Part shown: positions 33,888-43,425 of the stretch, in pieces
Layout of the letters: each line of letters begins with the position of its first letter
How positions within the stretch are numbered: position 1 is the first letter of the stretch
IMG/VR virus record: IMGVR_UViG_3300012943_000030
Coordinates: 43,698-107,697 of that record
DNA length: 64,000 nucleotides
Source: a virus
Taxonomy: Duplodnaviria > Heunggongvirae > Uroviricota > Caudoviricetes
Direction: 5' to 3' (one strand)
The notes under the pieces: model-generated
Databases searched by the model: none
The model's input: only the letters and a program-made list of their open reading frames with translations
Told to the model about the DNA's origin: nothing
Translations under genes and position numbers: made by a program

Positions 33888-34513
33888 TCACCTTCACCTC
33901 GCCGACCTGCTCAGGTAAAAGCTACCTGCTCAGCTACATTCGAGATGTTGCTAAGCTGCCATGCTTTGTCTCCACCACCACCCGCCCGCAGCGCAGAGGT
34001 GAGGTTGATGGCGTCGACTACTTCTTCATCACCGATGAGCGCTCAAAGGAAATTGAAGCAGCAGATGGTTTCGCCGAGCTCATGACGTTCCGAGGTTTCC
34101 GTTACGGTGTTACCAAGGAAGAATTCAAGAAGAAGCTGGACATGGGAATGGCCTTCCTCGTGGTAGAACCCGAGGGTATCCATCACTACGCGAAGCCAGC
34201 TCTCGATGTCGGTGCTCTGTGGATCAAGTATTTTGTGGACGTGCCACAGGAAGTACGCATCAAGCGCTTCAAGGACCGCTTCATCAAGGACGCAATTGAC
34301 TGCGTGGAGCCGATCTCGCTCAGCAAGGTCATTGACAACTACCTCAACCGCTTTCAGAGCATGCTCGGACCAGAGACGCGCTGGAAGGCGATGCACGAGT
34401 GGGACGACATCCTCGACGGCGAGCTCGACCCAGAAAAGAACCTTGACAGGATCAACACTGATGTCGCTAAGGTTCGCATTCATGATGCGATTTACGGACC
34501 ACAGACTGGATGA
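33857..34513 (+). CDS. guanylate kinase-like nucleotide kinase
   Basis: TSPTCSGKSYL, VSTTTRPQRRGEVDGVDYFFI and EF..GFAE motifs match Gmk. Confidence 0.6.
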   Translation: MQPHVTKPVLITFTSPTCSGKSYLLSYIRDVAKLPCFVSTTTRPQRRGEVDGVDYFFITDERSKEIEAADGFAELMTFRGFRYGVTKEEFKKKLDMGMAFLVVEPEGIHHYAKPALDVGALWIKYFVDVPQEVRIKRFKDRFIKDAIDCVEPISLSKVIDNYLNRFQSMLGPETRWKAMHEWDDILDGELDPEKNLDRINTDVAKVRIHDAIYGPQTG

Positions 34514-34593
34514 CGTTTATAGACTGATCCACCCGTGATCCGGTGCGGGTCTCACCACCGGTAAATACATGCACAACGAGAAAAATAACAAGC

Positions 34594-35205
34594 ATGACTA
34601 CCAAGACATTTTGGATTGATGACATCAAGGACCTACACACCAAGTTTGGTGTTCGTGAGGTCATTGAAACCCTCTCACCAGAGAACCTCAAGGCCTTCAT
34701 TGACTTCCGTCTGAAGTTTCTTCAAGAGGAGCTTGACGAAGCCAAGGAAGCTACAGAGGCTGAGGACGTCGTTGACGCAATGATCGACCTTTGCGTCGTT
34801 GCGATCGGCACCCTCGATGCTGTCGGCGTTGACAGCCAGATTGCCTGGGACCGCGTTCACAAGGCCAACATGTCGAAGCAGCGCGGCATCAAGAAAGAGC
34901 GGCCAAATCCGCTCGGTCTGCCAGACCTCATCAAGCCAGAAGGCTGGACGTCACCGCAGCACTACGACAACACCGGTATCTTGATGCGCACCTACGGTGT
35001 CCCAACGAAGTGGATCAAGCAGGTGGACTTTTCCTTTGGCACTTCATCTGAAGCTCGCGTTGAGTGGATCGATAAGTTCACCGGCAAGAAGACTGTTGAG
35101 GTCATTCGCGGTAATGATGACATCGCGCTCATCACGAAGATGATGCTTGAGCAACAGAAGCTTGTTGAAGCTCAACCGCTACCAGAGGCCAGCAATGGAA
35201 ATTAA
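34594..35205 (+). CDS. MazG-like nucleotide pyrophosphohydrolase
   Basis: EELDEAKEATEAEDVVDAMIDL (EExxE...D metal-binding helix pair). Late-promoter motif at 34559. Confidence 0.55.
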   Translation: MTTKTFWIDDIKDLHTKFGVREVIETLSPENLKAFIDFRLKFLQEELDEAKEATEAEDVVDAMIDLCVVAIGTLDAVGVDSQIAWDRVHKANMSKQRGIKKERPNPLGLPDLIKPEGWTSPQHYDNTGILMRTYGVPTKWIKQVDFSFGTSSEARVEWIDKFTGKKTVEVIRGNDDIALITKMMLEQQKLVEAQPLPEASNGN

Positions 35206-35371
35206 GATCAAGCACGACGATGGTGAGTACACCATCCCAGTCAAGGTTGAGGTGCCATCATTTGCTTGCACCATCAGCTTCACGATGGAAACCCTTCAGG
35301 ACCTCATCGCCGCAGCAAAGGCTGGCGGCATGAACATCGAGCTTACAGGCCCTGATCGTCGCCATCTCTAA
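35195..35371 (+). CDS. small hypothetical protein
   Basis: 58 aa, overlaps the mazG-like stop. Confidence 0.3.
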   Translation: MEIKIKHDDGEYTIPVKVEVPSFACTISFTMETLQDLIAAAKAGGMNIELTGPDRRHL

Positions 35372-35457
35372 CGATTTGAAGCAAGCTGCTTCAAACAGTG
35401 TCGCCTAGGCGGCCTGAATTTTGAAAATCGATGCATAAGAAATAGGAGTTAACTCAC

Positions 35458-35733
35458 ATGTCCAAGTCAATCGCAACTGCACAGCGCTCGAAGGCTTACA
35501 AGGCTCTTCTCGCTGCTGGCCTCAACGACGTGACGACCGATCGCCAGGCTGCCAATGGCTCACTCGCCTTCACTGGCAAGTTCAAGGCTGGCCGCAAGAC
35601 GATCCGCCCAACGTACGTTGTGACCGCCGCTGGCGCCGTCATCAGCAACGAGTTCGTTGCTCGCAATGTCGACACGTACAGCGAAGGCTTCCAGGCCGTC
35701 GCAGAGCTTCTGACCAAGCGCCTCGCCGCCTAA
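35458..35733 (+). CDS. small abundant-type protein (own RBS and strong terminator)
   Basis: RBS AGGAG. 91 aa, Ala/Lys-rich. Confidence 0.45.
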   Translation: MSKSIATAQRSKAYKALLAAGLNDVTTDRQAANGSLAFTGKFKAGRKTIRPTYVVTAAGAVISNEFVARNVDTYSEGFQAVAELLTKRLAA

Positions 35734-35774
35734 GTCAAGAAGTCCATTTAACCTGTAATCTTCAGGTTGAAACC

Positions 35775-35810
35775 AGGGCACCTAGCGCAGGTTAGGTGCC
35801 CTTAGTTTTG
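35775..35810 (+). terminator. rho-independent terminator
   Basis: AGGGCACCTAGC-GCAG-GTTAGGTGCCCT followed by TAGTTTTG. Confidence 0.55.
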
Positions 35811-35862
35811 TCTCAGGTTTGTGCATGATAGAATGTCCTCATTGTTTGTATCGGAGGTTCGT

Positions 35863-36150
35863 ATGATACTTCTTCGCCTGTTGGCCATTCTTCTGATTTT
35901 TGGCCTGGTCGTTCTGCTCGTGTTGCAGGTCATTCTCCCGGCCATCGATGGTAGGAAGTTGTTCCCGGCATTTCGCAAGAATGAACTTGCACGCGCCGTC
36001 GAAACTACACGCGACGAGGTGGAAACACTTCGTGAGCACAACGCGAACCTCTCTGAACTGACACGATTGCAGGAGCAGAAGCGCGCCCTCGAGGAAGTCG
36101 CTGCACCTACTTCTGCTGCCGAACCAGCCGCAGAAACGAAGTCCGAGTAA
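35863..36150 (+). CDS. membrane protein with C-terminal coiled coil
   Basis: RBS GGAGG. MILLRLLAILLIFGLVVLLVLQV TM helix. Confidence 0.45.
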   Translation: MILLRLLAILLIFGLVVLLVLQVILPAIDGRKLFPAFRKNELARAVETTRDEVETLREHNANLSELTRLQEQKRALEEVAAPTSAAEPAAETKSE

Positions 36151-36186
36151 TTTTCGCCCACACTTTCATCACGAGGAGAGATACAC

Positions 36187-37434
36187 ATGGTTGATGCTGT
36201 AAATAATTTGGCTCGTAGAGGCATGCTGGTAATCGTTGCCGTTGTTGCAGCGATACTGGTGGGCATCTACACGCTCACGCAGATGTGGGTCGATGTCGAC
36301 GCCAGCGAGATCGTAGTCGTGCAGGCGCCGATCAGCGGCAAGCTTTCGGTGTACGTTGATCCGGGCTGGAAGTACCAGGGGTTCGGAACGGTCACTCGCT
36401 ACCCACGTCGCGCGCAGTTCGCCTTCCTCGTCAAGCGTGAAGGTGAAGCTCATCGTGAAACTGACGAGAGCATTGCAACTCGCTTCAACGACGGCGGCCA
36501 CGGCAACATCTCTGGCTCCATCAACTGGGCGATGCCCCTGTCGCCGGACAAGGTGATCGCGCTGCACAAGGACTTCCGCGGCTTCGAGGCCATCGAGCAG
36601 CAGCTCCTGCGCCGCGCCGTTCAGAAGGTCGTGTTCAACGTCGGCCCAACGATGTCCTCAACTGAGAGCTCAGCTGAACGTCGCCCTCAGATCCCGACGT
36701 ACATCGATGACCAGCTCGAGAATGGCCCATACTTGACGAAGACGGTGCAGCAGGTCGTGAAGGACCAGATCACCGGCCAGGACAAGCAGGCCAACATCGT
36801 GATCATCGCCACTGACGACACTGGCAAGCCGGTTCGTGAGGCTGTCTCGCCGCTCACCAACTACGGTCTGCAGCTGCAGCCGGTGTCCATCGAGGACATC
36901 AAGTACGATCCAGTCGTTGAGAACCAGATCAAGCAGCGCCAGGACGCGACGACGCAGGTGCAGATCAGCATTGCGAACGCTCGTAAAGCTGAGCAGGAAA
37001 CCATCACGACCGAACAGCAGGGTAAGGCCGCTGCTGCAAAGGCCAAGTGGGAGCAGGAGACCATCAACGCCAAGGAAGTGGCCGAGGCCGAGAAGAACAA
37101 GCAGATCGCCCTGCTTGCAGCTGAACAGGCCGTCGAGTACAAGCGCAAGCTGATCCTCGAAGGTGAAGGTGAAGCCAAGAAGCGCGAGCTGATCCTGAAC
37201 GCCGACGGCGCCCTCACGCAGAAGCTTGAAGCCTATGTGAAGGTCAACACTGCCTACGCGAATGCCATCAGCACGGCTCAGCCGGGCGCATGGACACCTT
37301 CGGTGATCATGGGTGGTGGCTCTGGCAAGGATATGGGTTCAGCCCAGGCCCTGGTTGAACTGCTCACATCGAAGACTGCCAAGGAGCTTGGCACCAGCCT
37401 CGATATTGAGCGCGGGACCTCTGCTAAGAAGTAA
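36187..37434 (+). CDS. SPFH/band-7 (prohibitin/flotillin-like) protein
   Basis: N-terminal TM helix, SPFH core, and long Ala/Gln/Glu-rich coiled coil (AKWEQETINAKEVAEAEKNKQIALLAAEQA). Confidence 0.7.
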   Translation: MVDAVNNLARRGMLVIVAVVAAILVGIYTLTQMWVDVDASEIVVVQAPISGKLSVYVDPGWKYQGFGTVTRYPRRAQFAFLVKREGEAHRETDESIATRFNDGGHGNISGSINWAMPLSPDKVIALHKDFRGFEAIEQQLLRRAVQKVVFNVGPTMSSTESSAERRPQIPTYIDDQLENGPYLTKTVQQVVKDQITGQDKQANIVIIATDDTGKPVREAVSPLTNYGLQLQPVSIEDIKYDPVVENQIKQRQDATTQVQISIANARKAEQETITTEQQGKAAAAKAKWEQETINAKEVAEAEKNKQIALLAAEQAVEYKRKLILEGEGEAKKRELILNADGALTQKLEAYVKVNTAYANAISTAQPGAWTPSVIMGGGSGKDMGSAQALVELLTSKTAKELGTSLDIERGTSAKK

Positions 37435-37453
37435 GCAGCGTCTCTTCAAGATC

Positions 37454-37484
37454 GGGGACCTCCAAGAGGTCCCCTTTCTTTTGT
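37454..37484 (+). terminator. rho-independent terminator
   Basis: GGGGACCTC-CAA-GAGGTCCCC followed by TTTCTTTTG. Confidence 0.6.
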
Positions 37485-37497
37485 CCGGTCCCAGGAC

Positions 37498-37505
37498 GAT
37501 AAATA
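37498..37505 (+). promoter_or_regulatory. late-promoter-like GATAAATA
   Basis: CCCAGGACGATAAATAG. Nearly identical context at 45675-45688. Confidence 0.35.
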
Positions 37506-37543
37506 GCTCATTGAGATCCGACTGACACAAGGACCGGCCACCA

Positions 37544-39334
37544 ATGAAACTTGTCAACCTGTATGAGCGCGAAGAGAAGTCCGAGACAGCCTCAGTAGCG
37601 CTGCCGAAGATTGCCTCCTACATAGGCGGCCAGCTAGGCTCGCAGCTCACCAAGGTTATCAGCCATGAGCACTACCACAACAGCGCTGGAACTGGTCATG
37701 GTGTTCGCTACGTCATCAATGGAACTCCTCGCTGCATACGCTTCAATTGGTCATCTCCTTCAGAGATGGGCAAGCTGACGCGCATGAAGTCTATCGACGT
37801 GTTCAACGGCAAGTCGTCAGATCCAAGCTTTACGATCAAGACCGATGGCATCAGCATTCTTCAGGCCCTCCCAGTCGTCATTAACCTTCTGCAGCACCCA
37901 ACGCTTGGAAAGTTCCAAGCGTTCCCAGCCGACCCTAAGCAGGTCCTCAGCGCATCAGAAGATGTGAGCGAAGCTGCACGCGCCACGCATCAGGAGAAGA
38001 TTTACCCTGATACAAAAGCTGGCATCAAGGACTATCTGAGAGACAATGTAAGCAAGCAGTACGTTAAGCTGCTTGACGATCCAAAGACACGATACAAGAT
38101 GGACCAGTGGGTTCATGGTGTATGGGCGGTTGATTTTGCACCAGGCACTCGCTTCATTGTCTATCTTGCTGGCTACAAGGATCCACATGGTAAGGTGCGC
38201 GAATACAACGATTTCGAAAGCGGTGAAACGCCTGACAAGGAAAAGATTGGTGAGAGCTTTATCGTTGAGGTGAAGGCAGGCTCGTTCACTGCCGCCCAGG
38301 CGCTTGATGACTTCCTTCACAAGCTCTCCTCTGGCAAGTCATTCACGCGCTCCGAGTTCGCAAGCAACTACCACATCAACAACGTTGGTATCTTTGACAC
38401 CATCGTCAGCAGCTTCAAGAACCGCATCAGGCTTGATGGTAAGCGCGTATCGCTGGCCAACAACAAGAACCTTGACACGCTTAAGGATACCATTCTCTCA
38501 AAGGCCGGTATCGTTGAGGTGGTGAAGGGCGGCTCAAAGGAAACCTACCTCAAGTCCGACAAGGAAGAAGAGGTAGAGAAGGACGACAGCCCTAAGGTGC
38601 CGTTCGGCGATACCCTCAAGCACATTGAGCAGCTCGTCGGCGCCCTCATCAAGGGACCAGTCAAGTCCATCTTTATCGCTGGTAAGTCTGGCGTCGGTAA
38701 GACGCAGACAGTTGAGCGCACGCTCCACCAGCACGGCCTCACCGACGGCAGCGGTTATTTCAAGAACACTGGTACGGCTTCTGCAGCCGGTGTTTACCTT
38801 CTTCTGTTTCATCACCGCAATGACATCGTTCTGTTTGACGACAGCGACGGCGCGCTCAGCGACATTGACGCGCGCAACCTCATCAAGGCGGCGACCGACA
38901 ACAAATCGGTCCGCAAGATGGTGTGGAACAAGAAGTCCTCATTCATCTATGACGCTGATGATCCAAATGCAGCGGAATATGAGAAGGACATGTCGATGGC
39001 ACCGAACCACTACGATTTCAAGGGTCGCGTCATCTTCATCTCAAACCTTCCACTAAAGAAGCTTGACCCAGATGGAGCTCTCCGAAACAGAGCATTCATC
39101 ATCAACGTTGACCCATCAAGTGATGAGCTGTCTACCTACCTCGACAAGATCCTCAAGGACATCCCTATTAGGGACGGCCGTGATCTATCGCTGGAAGAGC
39201 GCAAGAAGGTTCTCGATGTCGTGAGAAAGTCACGTCGCGGCGACCCAACGCCACGCAAGCTTGCTCGCGCGCTCGAGCTTGCCGCCTCACACTGGGACTC
39301 GAACTGGGAAGAACTGGTCAACCTCTACGCTTGA
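37544..39334 (+). CDS. P-loop NTPase (AAA-like ATPase) protein
   Basis: Walker A IFIAGKSGVGKTQT and Walker B-like IVLFDDSDG. 596 aa. Confidence 0.55.
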   Translation: MKLVNLYEREEKSETASVALPKIASYIGGQLGSQLTKVISHEHYHNSAGTGHGVRYVINGTPRCIRFNWSSPSEMGKLTRMKSIDVFNGKSSDPSFTIKTDGISILQALPVVINLLQHPTLGKFQAFPADPKQVLSASEDVSEAARATHQEKIYPDTKAGIKDYLRDNVSKQYVKLLDDPKTRYKMDQWVHGVWAVDFAPGTRFIVYLAGYKDPHGKVREYNDFESGETPDKEKIGESFIVEVKAGSFTAAQALDDFLHKLSSGKSFTRSEFASNYHINNVGIFDTIVSSFKNRIRLDGKRVSLANNKNLDTLKDTILSKAGIVEVVKGGSKETYLKSDKEEEVEKDDSPKVPFGDTLKHIEQLVGALIKGPVKSIFIAGKSGVGKTQTVERTLHQHGLTDGSGYFKNTGTASAAGVYLLLFHHRNDIVLFDDSDGALSDIDARNLIKAATDNKSVRKMVWNKKSSFIYDADDPNAAEYEKDMSMAPNHYDFKGRVIFISNLPLKKLDPDGALRNRAFIINVDPSSDELSTYLDKILKDIPIRDGRDLSLEERKKVLDVVRKSRRGDPTPRKLARALELAASHWDSNWEELVNLYA

Positions 39335-39350
39335 TTTAGGAGCCGATCGA

Positions 39351-40190
39351 ATGTCATTTGCACTTATCATTGAGCTGCTTGAGGAAGCCTCTCAGAAGGA
39401 GAAGCGCTTCGAGTATCTTGAGAAGATGCTTGAGCCTAACTGGAAGGGCGTTGAGGGCTACAAGAAGCTGAAGGACTTTCTCAAGGCCGTTATGGATGCC
39501 GATCCTACAAAGAACGGCGCCTACATGCAGTGGATTGCCCAGCGCATCATCAAGTCTCCGGATCACAACCGTGCCGAGGACCTTGACCGCCTTAAGAACG
39601 ATCTTGAGCTCTTCGGTGAGCACAAGGCAAAGCTCGAGGTCAAGGACATCAACGCCTACAAGACGTTCGGCGACCTCTTCACTGCCATTGAACCGCACAC
39701 CAAGCCGCGCGAGCTGACCGCCGACGAGAAGAAGGCGAAGAAGGCAGAAGAAGAAATCGCGAAGGCAAAGGAAGGCATTGAGGACGTTTATGCTGGTCCA
39801 GATGGCTGGATCAAAATTCCTACGACCAAGAAGGCCGCATGCTTCCTCGGTCAGAACACCCGCTGGTGCACCGCAATGCGTGACGCTGGCCACTTTGACA
39901 GCTACAACCGCACTGATAAGCTCTTTGTCATCTACGACAAGGCGCAGAAGGCCCGCTTCCAGCTTCACTTCAACTCTGGCCAGTTTGCTGACGAGGCAGA
40001 CCGCACCAAGGGGTTGAAGACCATTCCAGAATGGGCGCGCAAGCCAATTATTGAATGGTACAAGAAGAACACAAAGCACCTCGGCCTCAAGCACGTGTTC
40101 GCCTTCGCTGAGCTTGGTGATACAAGCGCTGCAAAGGGTACTGATCACGAAGAGGTCATTGCCATGATGAAGCAGTACGGAGTTCTGTGA
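39351..40190 (+). CDS. hypothetical protein
   Basis: RBS AGGAG. 279 aa. C terminus ...IAMMKQYGVL. Confidence 0.5.
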   Translation: MSFALIIELLEEASQKEKRFEYLEKMLEPNWKGVEGYKKLKDFLKAVMDADPTKNGAYMQWIAQRIIKSPDHNRAEDLDRLKNDLELFGEHKAKLEVKDINAYKTFGDLFTAIEPHTKPRELTADEKKAKKAEEEIAKAKEGIEDVYAGPDGWIKIPTTKKAACFLGQNTRWCTAMRDAGHFDSYNRTDKLFVIYDKAQKARFQLHFNSGQFADEADRTKGLKTIPEWARKPIIEWYKKNTKHLGLKHVFAFAELGDTSAAKGTDHEEVIAMMKQYGVL

Positions 40191-41047
40191 TGCGCTTCAA
40201 GGATTTCTTCGAAGCACCAACCACCACCAAGGACCAGACTGGCGTCGACCTTGGCATTGACCTTGACGGTCCAAAGTCAAAGGGCGATCTCACCAAGGCT
40301 GAGAGGCCGAGCGACAAGAAAAGCGACGCCAAGACGTCGCGCAAAACGGCTTCAGCTGCTACAACAACACGCAAGGTAGCCACGGCTACCATTGACCCAA
40401 ACAAGGTGCCCGACTTCAATCCAGATGATCTCGACATGAGCGCTGAGATTGATGACGATGAGGCTGCCCGCCGCGCAGGTCATGGGGCAGCACCTACTCA
40501 TGGCGCGGCGCCTGAGATCAAGCCAACGTCACAGAACCTGCCAGCTATTATTCAGACGGCACTCGCTACACTCGGCAAGAAGCTGAAAGGCATCGACCCT
40601 GCAGACATTGAGTGGCACATGGTCAAGCACCTGCCTGGCTATCTCGCAAAGCCGATCCGCACGATGGGCCGCAAGGTGTTTGAGCCATTCACCAAGACGC
40701 CGATCGAAGACATTCAGGTAATCGCCAACGTTGGTGGTGGACCAAACACGGATGCCGAGATCAACGCGATCTCAAAGTACGTCACCTCACACGGCACGCG
40801 CGAGCGCGACATTGAGCTGGCGTTCGAGAAGGTACTTCCTGGTTACAACGCGCAGGTGGTTGTGTACAACTGCCTTGGTTACACGTTCTTCCTTGTGAAG
40901 GACTTCGCAGGCAACTACATCTATAGCTGGCCTGAGAAGGACACATCACTACCAGAGTGGCAGAAGCAGCTTGGTCATGATGCAAAGCAGCTCGCCCATG
41001 ATGGGGCTGATGAGCTCAACGCCATGATGAAAAAATACGGGATCTAA
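40187..41047 (+). CDS. hypothetical protein
   Basis: 286 aa. C terminus ...NAMMKKYGI resembles the previous gene. Confidence 0.5.
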   Translation: MMRFKDFFEAPTTTKDQTGVDLGIDLDGPKSKGDLTKAERPSDKKSDAKTSRKTASAATTTRKVATATIDPNKVPDFNPDDLDMSAEIDDDEAARRAGHGAAPTHGAAPEIKPTSQNLPAIIQTALATLGKKLKGIDPADIEWHMVKHLPGYLAKPIRTMGRKVFEPFTKTPIEDIQVIANVGGGPNTDAEINAISKYVTSHGTRERDIELAFEKVLPGYNAQVVVYNCLGYTFFLVKDFAGNYIYSWPEKDTSLPEWQKQLGHDAKQLAHDGADELNAMMKKYGI

Positions 41048-41048
41048 A

Positions 41049-42350
41049 GTGCTAGTAAAAGACCTGCTCATCGAGAAACTTGGAACACTGAGCCAGCTAA
41101 AGCTCGGAAGGCTAGCTCGCGTTCTAAATCAGTCCTTCGATACCAACAGAAAAGATGGTCGCGTGAAGGCGGAACCAGTCGGTAAACGCTTCAAGAACCT
41201 TGAGCGCCGTCAGACACACTGGGACATGGGTCTCGGTTCCGAGTCCGAAATTGCTGATGTTGGTGAGGTCAAGAGCATCGCCGATCTACGGCGTGCCTAC
41301 CGCAAGCACGAAAACAAAATTGGACAGGCGTTCGCCCTCTACGCAAAAGGGAAGGCCATCGCGTTTGGTATCTTCTCAGACGACAAGATTGGTAAGCAGG
41401 TGCAGAACGGCATGTTCGCATTTGACCTCTCACCGTTCAAGGACGAGATTGAAAAGGACCACGCTGATCGTCTTGCGAAGGCAACAGACCACGAGAAGAG
41501 ATGGGGTAGCATCAAGCCTATCGAAATGCAGTCTGCCCACACCGCGACTGCTCATAAGTATGGTGGTCACCCTGATTACACGCGCACTGAGTTTGAAGTC
41601 GAACACGAGGGTAAGCCTGTCGAGGTGCACTACTTGAAGGGCTTTATTGATGATGCCGTAAGGCTGAACGGTGGAAAGCCACTGACAGCCAAGCTCGTTC
41701 TCACCGATGAGGAGGGTCGCGCAAAGCGCAGGGCCCGCCAAGATGAGAAGTTCAAGGGTGATGAGAAGTTCGGCGGGCTTGAGGACTTGAAGAAGCGCCT
41801 CGCAAGCTACAAGATCTCCAAGAAGCCAACAGCTGATAGCATTGAAGACTTCCTCAAGGCCGTGCTAAGCGGTCCAGGAAAGATTGTTCAGTTTGCTGGA
41901 CGCGGCTATTCGACGACGCCAGGTCAGTCATATGATCATGACAAGATGTCACCAGAGGCGCTGTTGAATGGTCGGCCATTCTCAATCAATTACAGCGCAA
42001 AGGACCCAGGCGTCCACGACACGCTCTACGTGCACTATGCGTTTGACAACGAGACGGGCACGCTCGCACCATTCAAGGCCACATGGACTGACCCTAAAAC
42101 TAGAACGTCTAGGTCAGGTACTCTAGATGCAAGGCGCCGCTTGAAGCATGACCTCAACATCAAGAAGGCTGACAGCAATGAACACATCATCGCAGCCATC
42201 CTAAAGAAGGTCAAGGACCAGCAGCTAGATGATGCCATGCTCGGCATTGAGCTGGCGCGCAAAATTGGTAAGGACCTTCCAGAATTCAAGGCCATTGAGA
42301 AGAGCATTGCTGCTTCAAAGAAATCAAAGGGCGAAGACGATGAAGGTTAA
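41049..42350 (+). CDS. hypothetical protein
   Basis: 433 aa, GTG start per ORF track. Charged. Confidence 0.45.
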   Translation: MLVKDLLIEKLGTLSQLKLGRLARVLNQSFDTNRKDGRVKAEPVGKRFKNLERRQTHWDMGLGSESEIADVGEVKSIADLRRAYRKHENKIGQAFALYAKGKAIAFGIFSDDKIGKQVQNGMFAFDLSPFKDEIEKDHADRLAKATDHEKRWGSIKPIEMQSAHTATAHKYGGHPDYTRTEFEVEHEGKPVEVHYLKGFIDDAVRLNGGKPLTAKLVLTDEEGRAKRRARQDEKFKGDEKFGGLEDLKKRLASYKISKKPTADSIEDFLKAVLSGPGKIVQFAGRGYSTTPGQSYDHDKMSPEALLNGRPFSINYSAKDPGVHDTLYVHYAFDNETGTLAPFKATWTDPKTRTSRSGTLDARRRLKHDLNIKKADSNEHIIAAILKKVKDQQLDDAMLGIELARKIGKDLPEFKAIEKSIAASKKSKGEDDEG

Positions 42351-43347
42351 CGAGCTACTGCAGGAAGTTAGCTACAGCGATGCTGAGAAGTGGCTGCTAG
42401 GTCCTGTCAAGGAATGGGCTAAAGAGTATGGGCTGACGCCTGAGATAGTTGCTACAGCCATGGACCAGGTGCGCAAGCTTCCTGTCTACAAGGAGCTCGA
42501 AGAGCTTGGTCTCAAGGAACTCAATGTTCCAAAGCAGCGTCGCAACGGCACGTTCAATTTCAAGTTCGGTCGCCGCTGGAAAAGCGATCAAAAGGATCTC
42601 AATCCATCATCGTACCTCGTTTACGGCAATGGCCAGATCCGCACTGCGCGTCTATCACAGAAGCGCGGCGGCGATTACGGTTCCACATCTTCAAAGCCAG
42701 ACGTTGGGTTCGGCTTTACGCGTCTGACAACGCCTAAGCCACAGCTGAACAAGAAGGACCCACTCGGTTCTCTCGTTGCTACGTACGCCGCGTCGCTTGA
42801 GCACCTCAAGCAGATCAGAATAAAGTCGAAGAAGTATCAGGAGCCGGATAATCTCTACGCTAGGGAGATTTTGGCAACACCAGAGCTCGTGGCTGGCATG
42901 AAGGCCGGTGATGAAGAGGCTTTCAAGAAACACGCTAAGAACATCAAGAAACATATTGATAACAGCAAGCAGACGTATGGTGCGCGACAGGCTCTTGAAA
43001 CCCTGCGCAAGCGTGGCCTCAAGTCACCACACCACAAGGACGTATCAGACTATCTCGACAAAGCAGACATAGCTCATAAGATCGGCATGAAGGGCCATGA
43101 GATAGACGGCTTGATCGCTCACGACCCGGAGCTACTGCGTAAGTTCATGACAAAGCTTTTGGCTTCGCTGAAGTCTGAAATCGGCGGCTACTATAGCGGC
43201 TTCGAACACACCAAGAAGATTATGGACATGGCTGAGCGCCTTGGAATTGCTGATGCTCTCAGTAATGAGTTCAAAACAATCAAGAAGAGCATTATTCAGA
43301 GTAAGAAGCAGCAGCACGATGACGATCCTGATTACGCGGAATACTGA
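42340..43347 (+). CDS. hypothetical protein
   Basis: 335 aa. Confidence 0.45.
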   Translation: MKVNELLQEVSYSDAEKWLLGPVKEWAKEYGLTPEIVATAMDQVRKLPVYKELEELGLKELNVPKQRRNGTFNFKFGRRWKSDQKDLNPSSYLVYGNGQIRTARLSQKRGGDYGSTSSKPDVGFGFTRLTTPKPQLNKKDPLGSLVATYAASLEHLKQIRIKSKKYQEPDNLYAREILATPELVAGMKAGDEEAFKKHAKNIKKHIDNSKQTYGARQALETLRKRGLKSPHHKDVSDYLDKADIAHKIGMKGHEIDGLIAHDPELLRKFMTKLLASLKSEIGGYYSGFEHTKKIMDMAERLGIADALSNEFKTIKKSIIQSKKQQHDDDPDYAEY

Positions 43348-43351
43348 GCCC

Positions 43352-43419
43352 ATTTAACATAACGGCCCAGTTAACATAACTGACTAACCTGTGTACATTC
43401 CCCGGGCCTGTGATAGAAT
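43352..43419 (+). promoter_or_regulatory. conserved phage promoter P2 (two TTAACATAAC copies, -35 TGTACA, -10 TAGAAT)
   Basis: ATTTAACATAAC..GTTAACATAAC..CCTGTGTACAT-N16-TAGAAT. Confidence 0.55.
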
Positions 43420-43425
43420 GGCCCC

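Noticed and set aside
36169-36567. - strand 132-aa ORF inside the SPFH gene
   Set aside because: It is antisense to a gene with a clear SPFH domain.
39354-40148. 264-aa - strand ORF
   Set aside because: It is antisense to a + strand gene that has an RBS and ATGA coupling. It is Leu/Val/Ala-rich in the typical GC-frame-artefact pattern.
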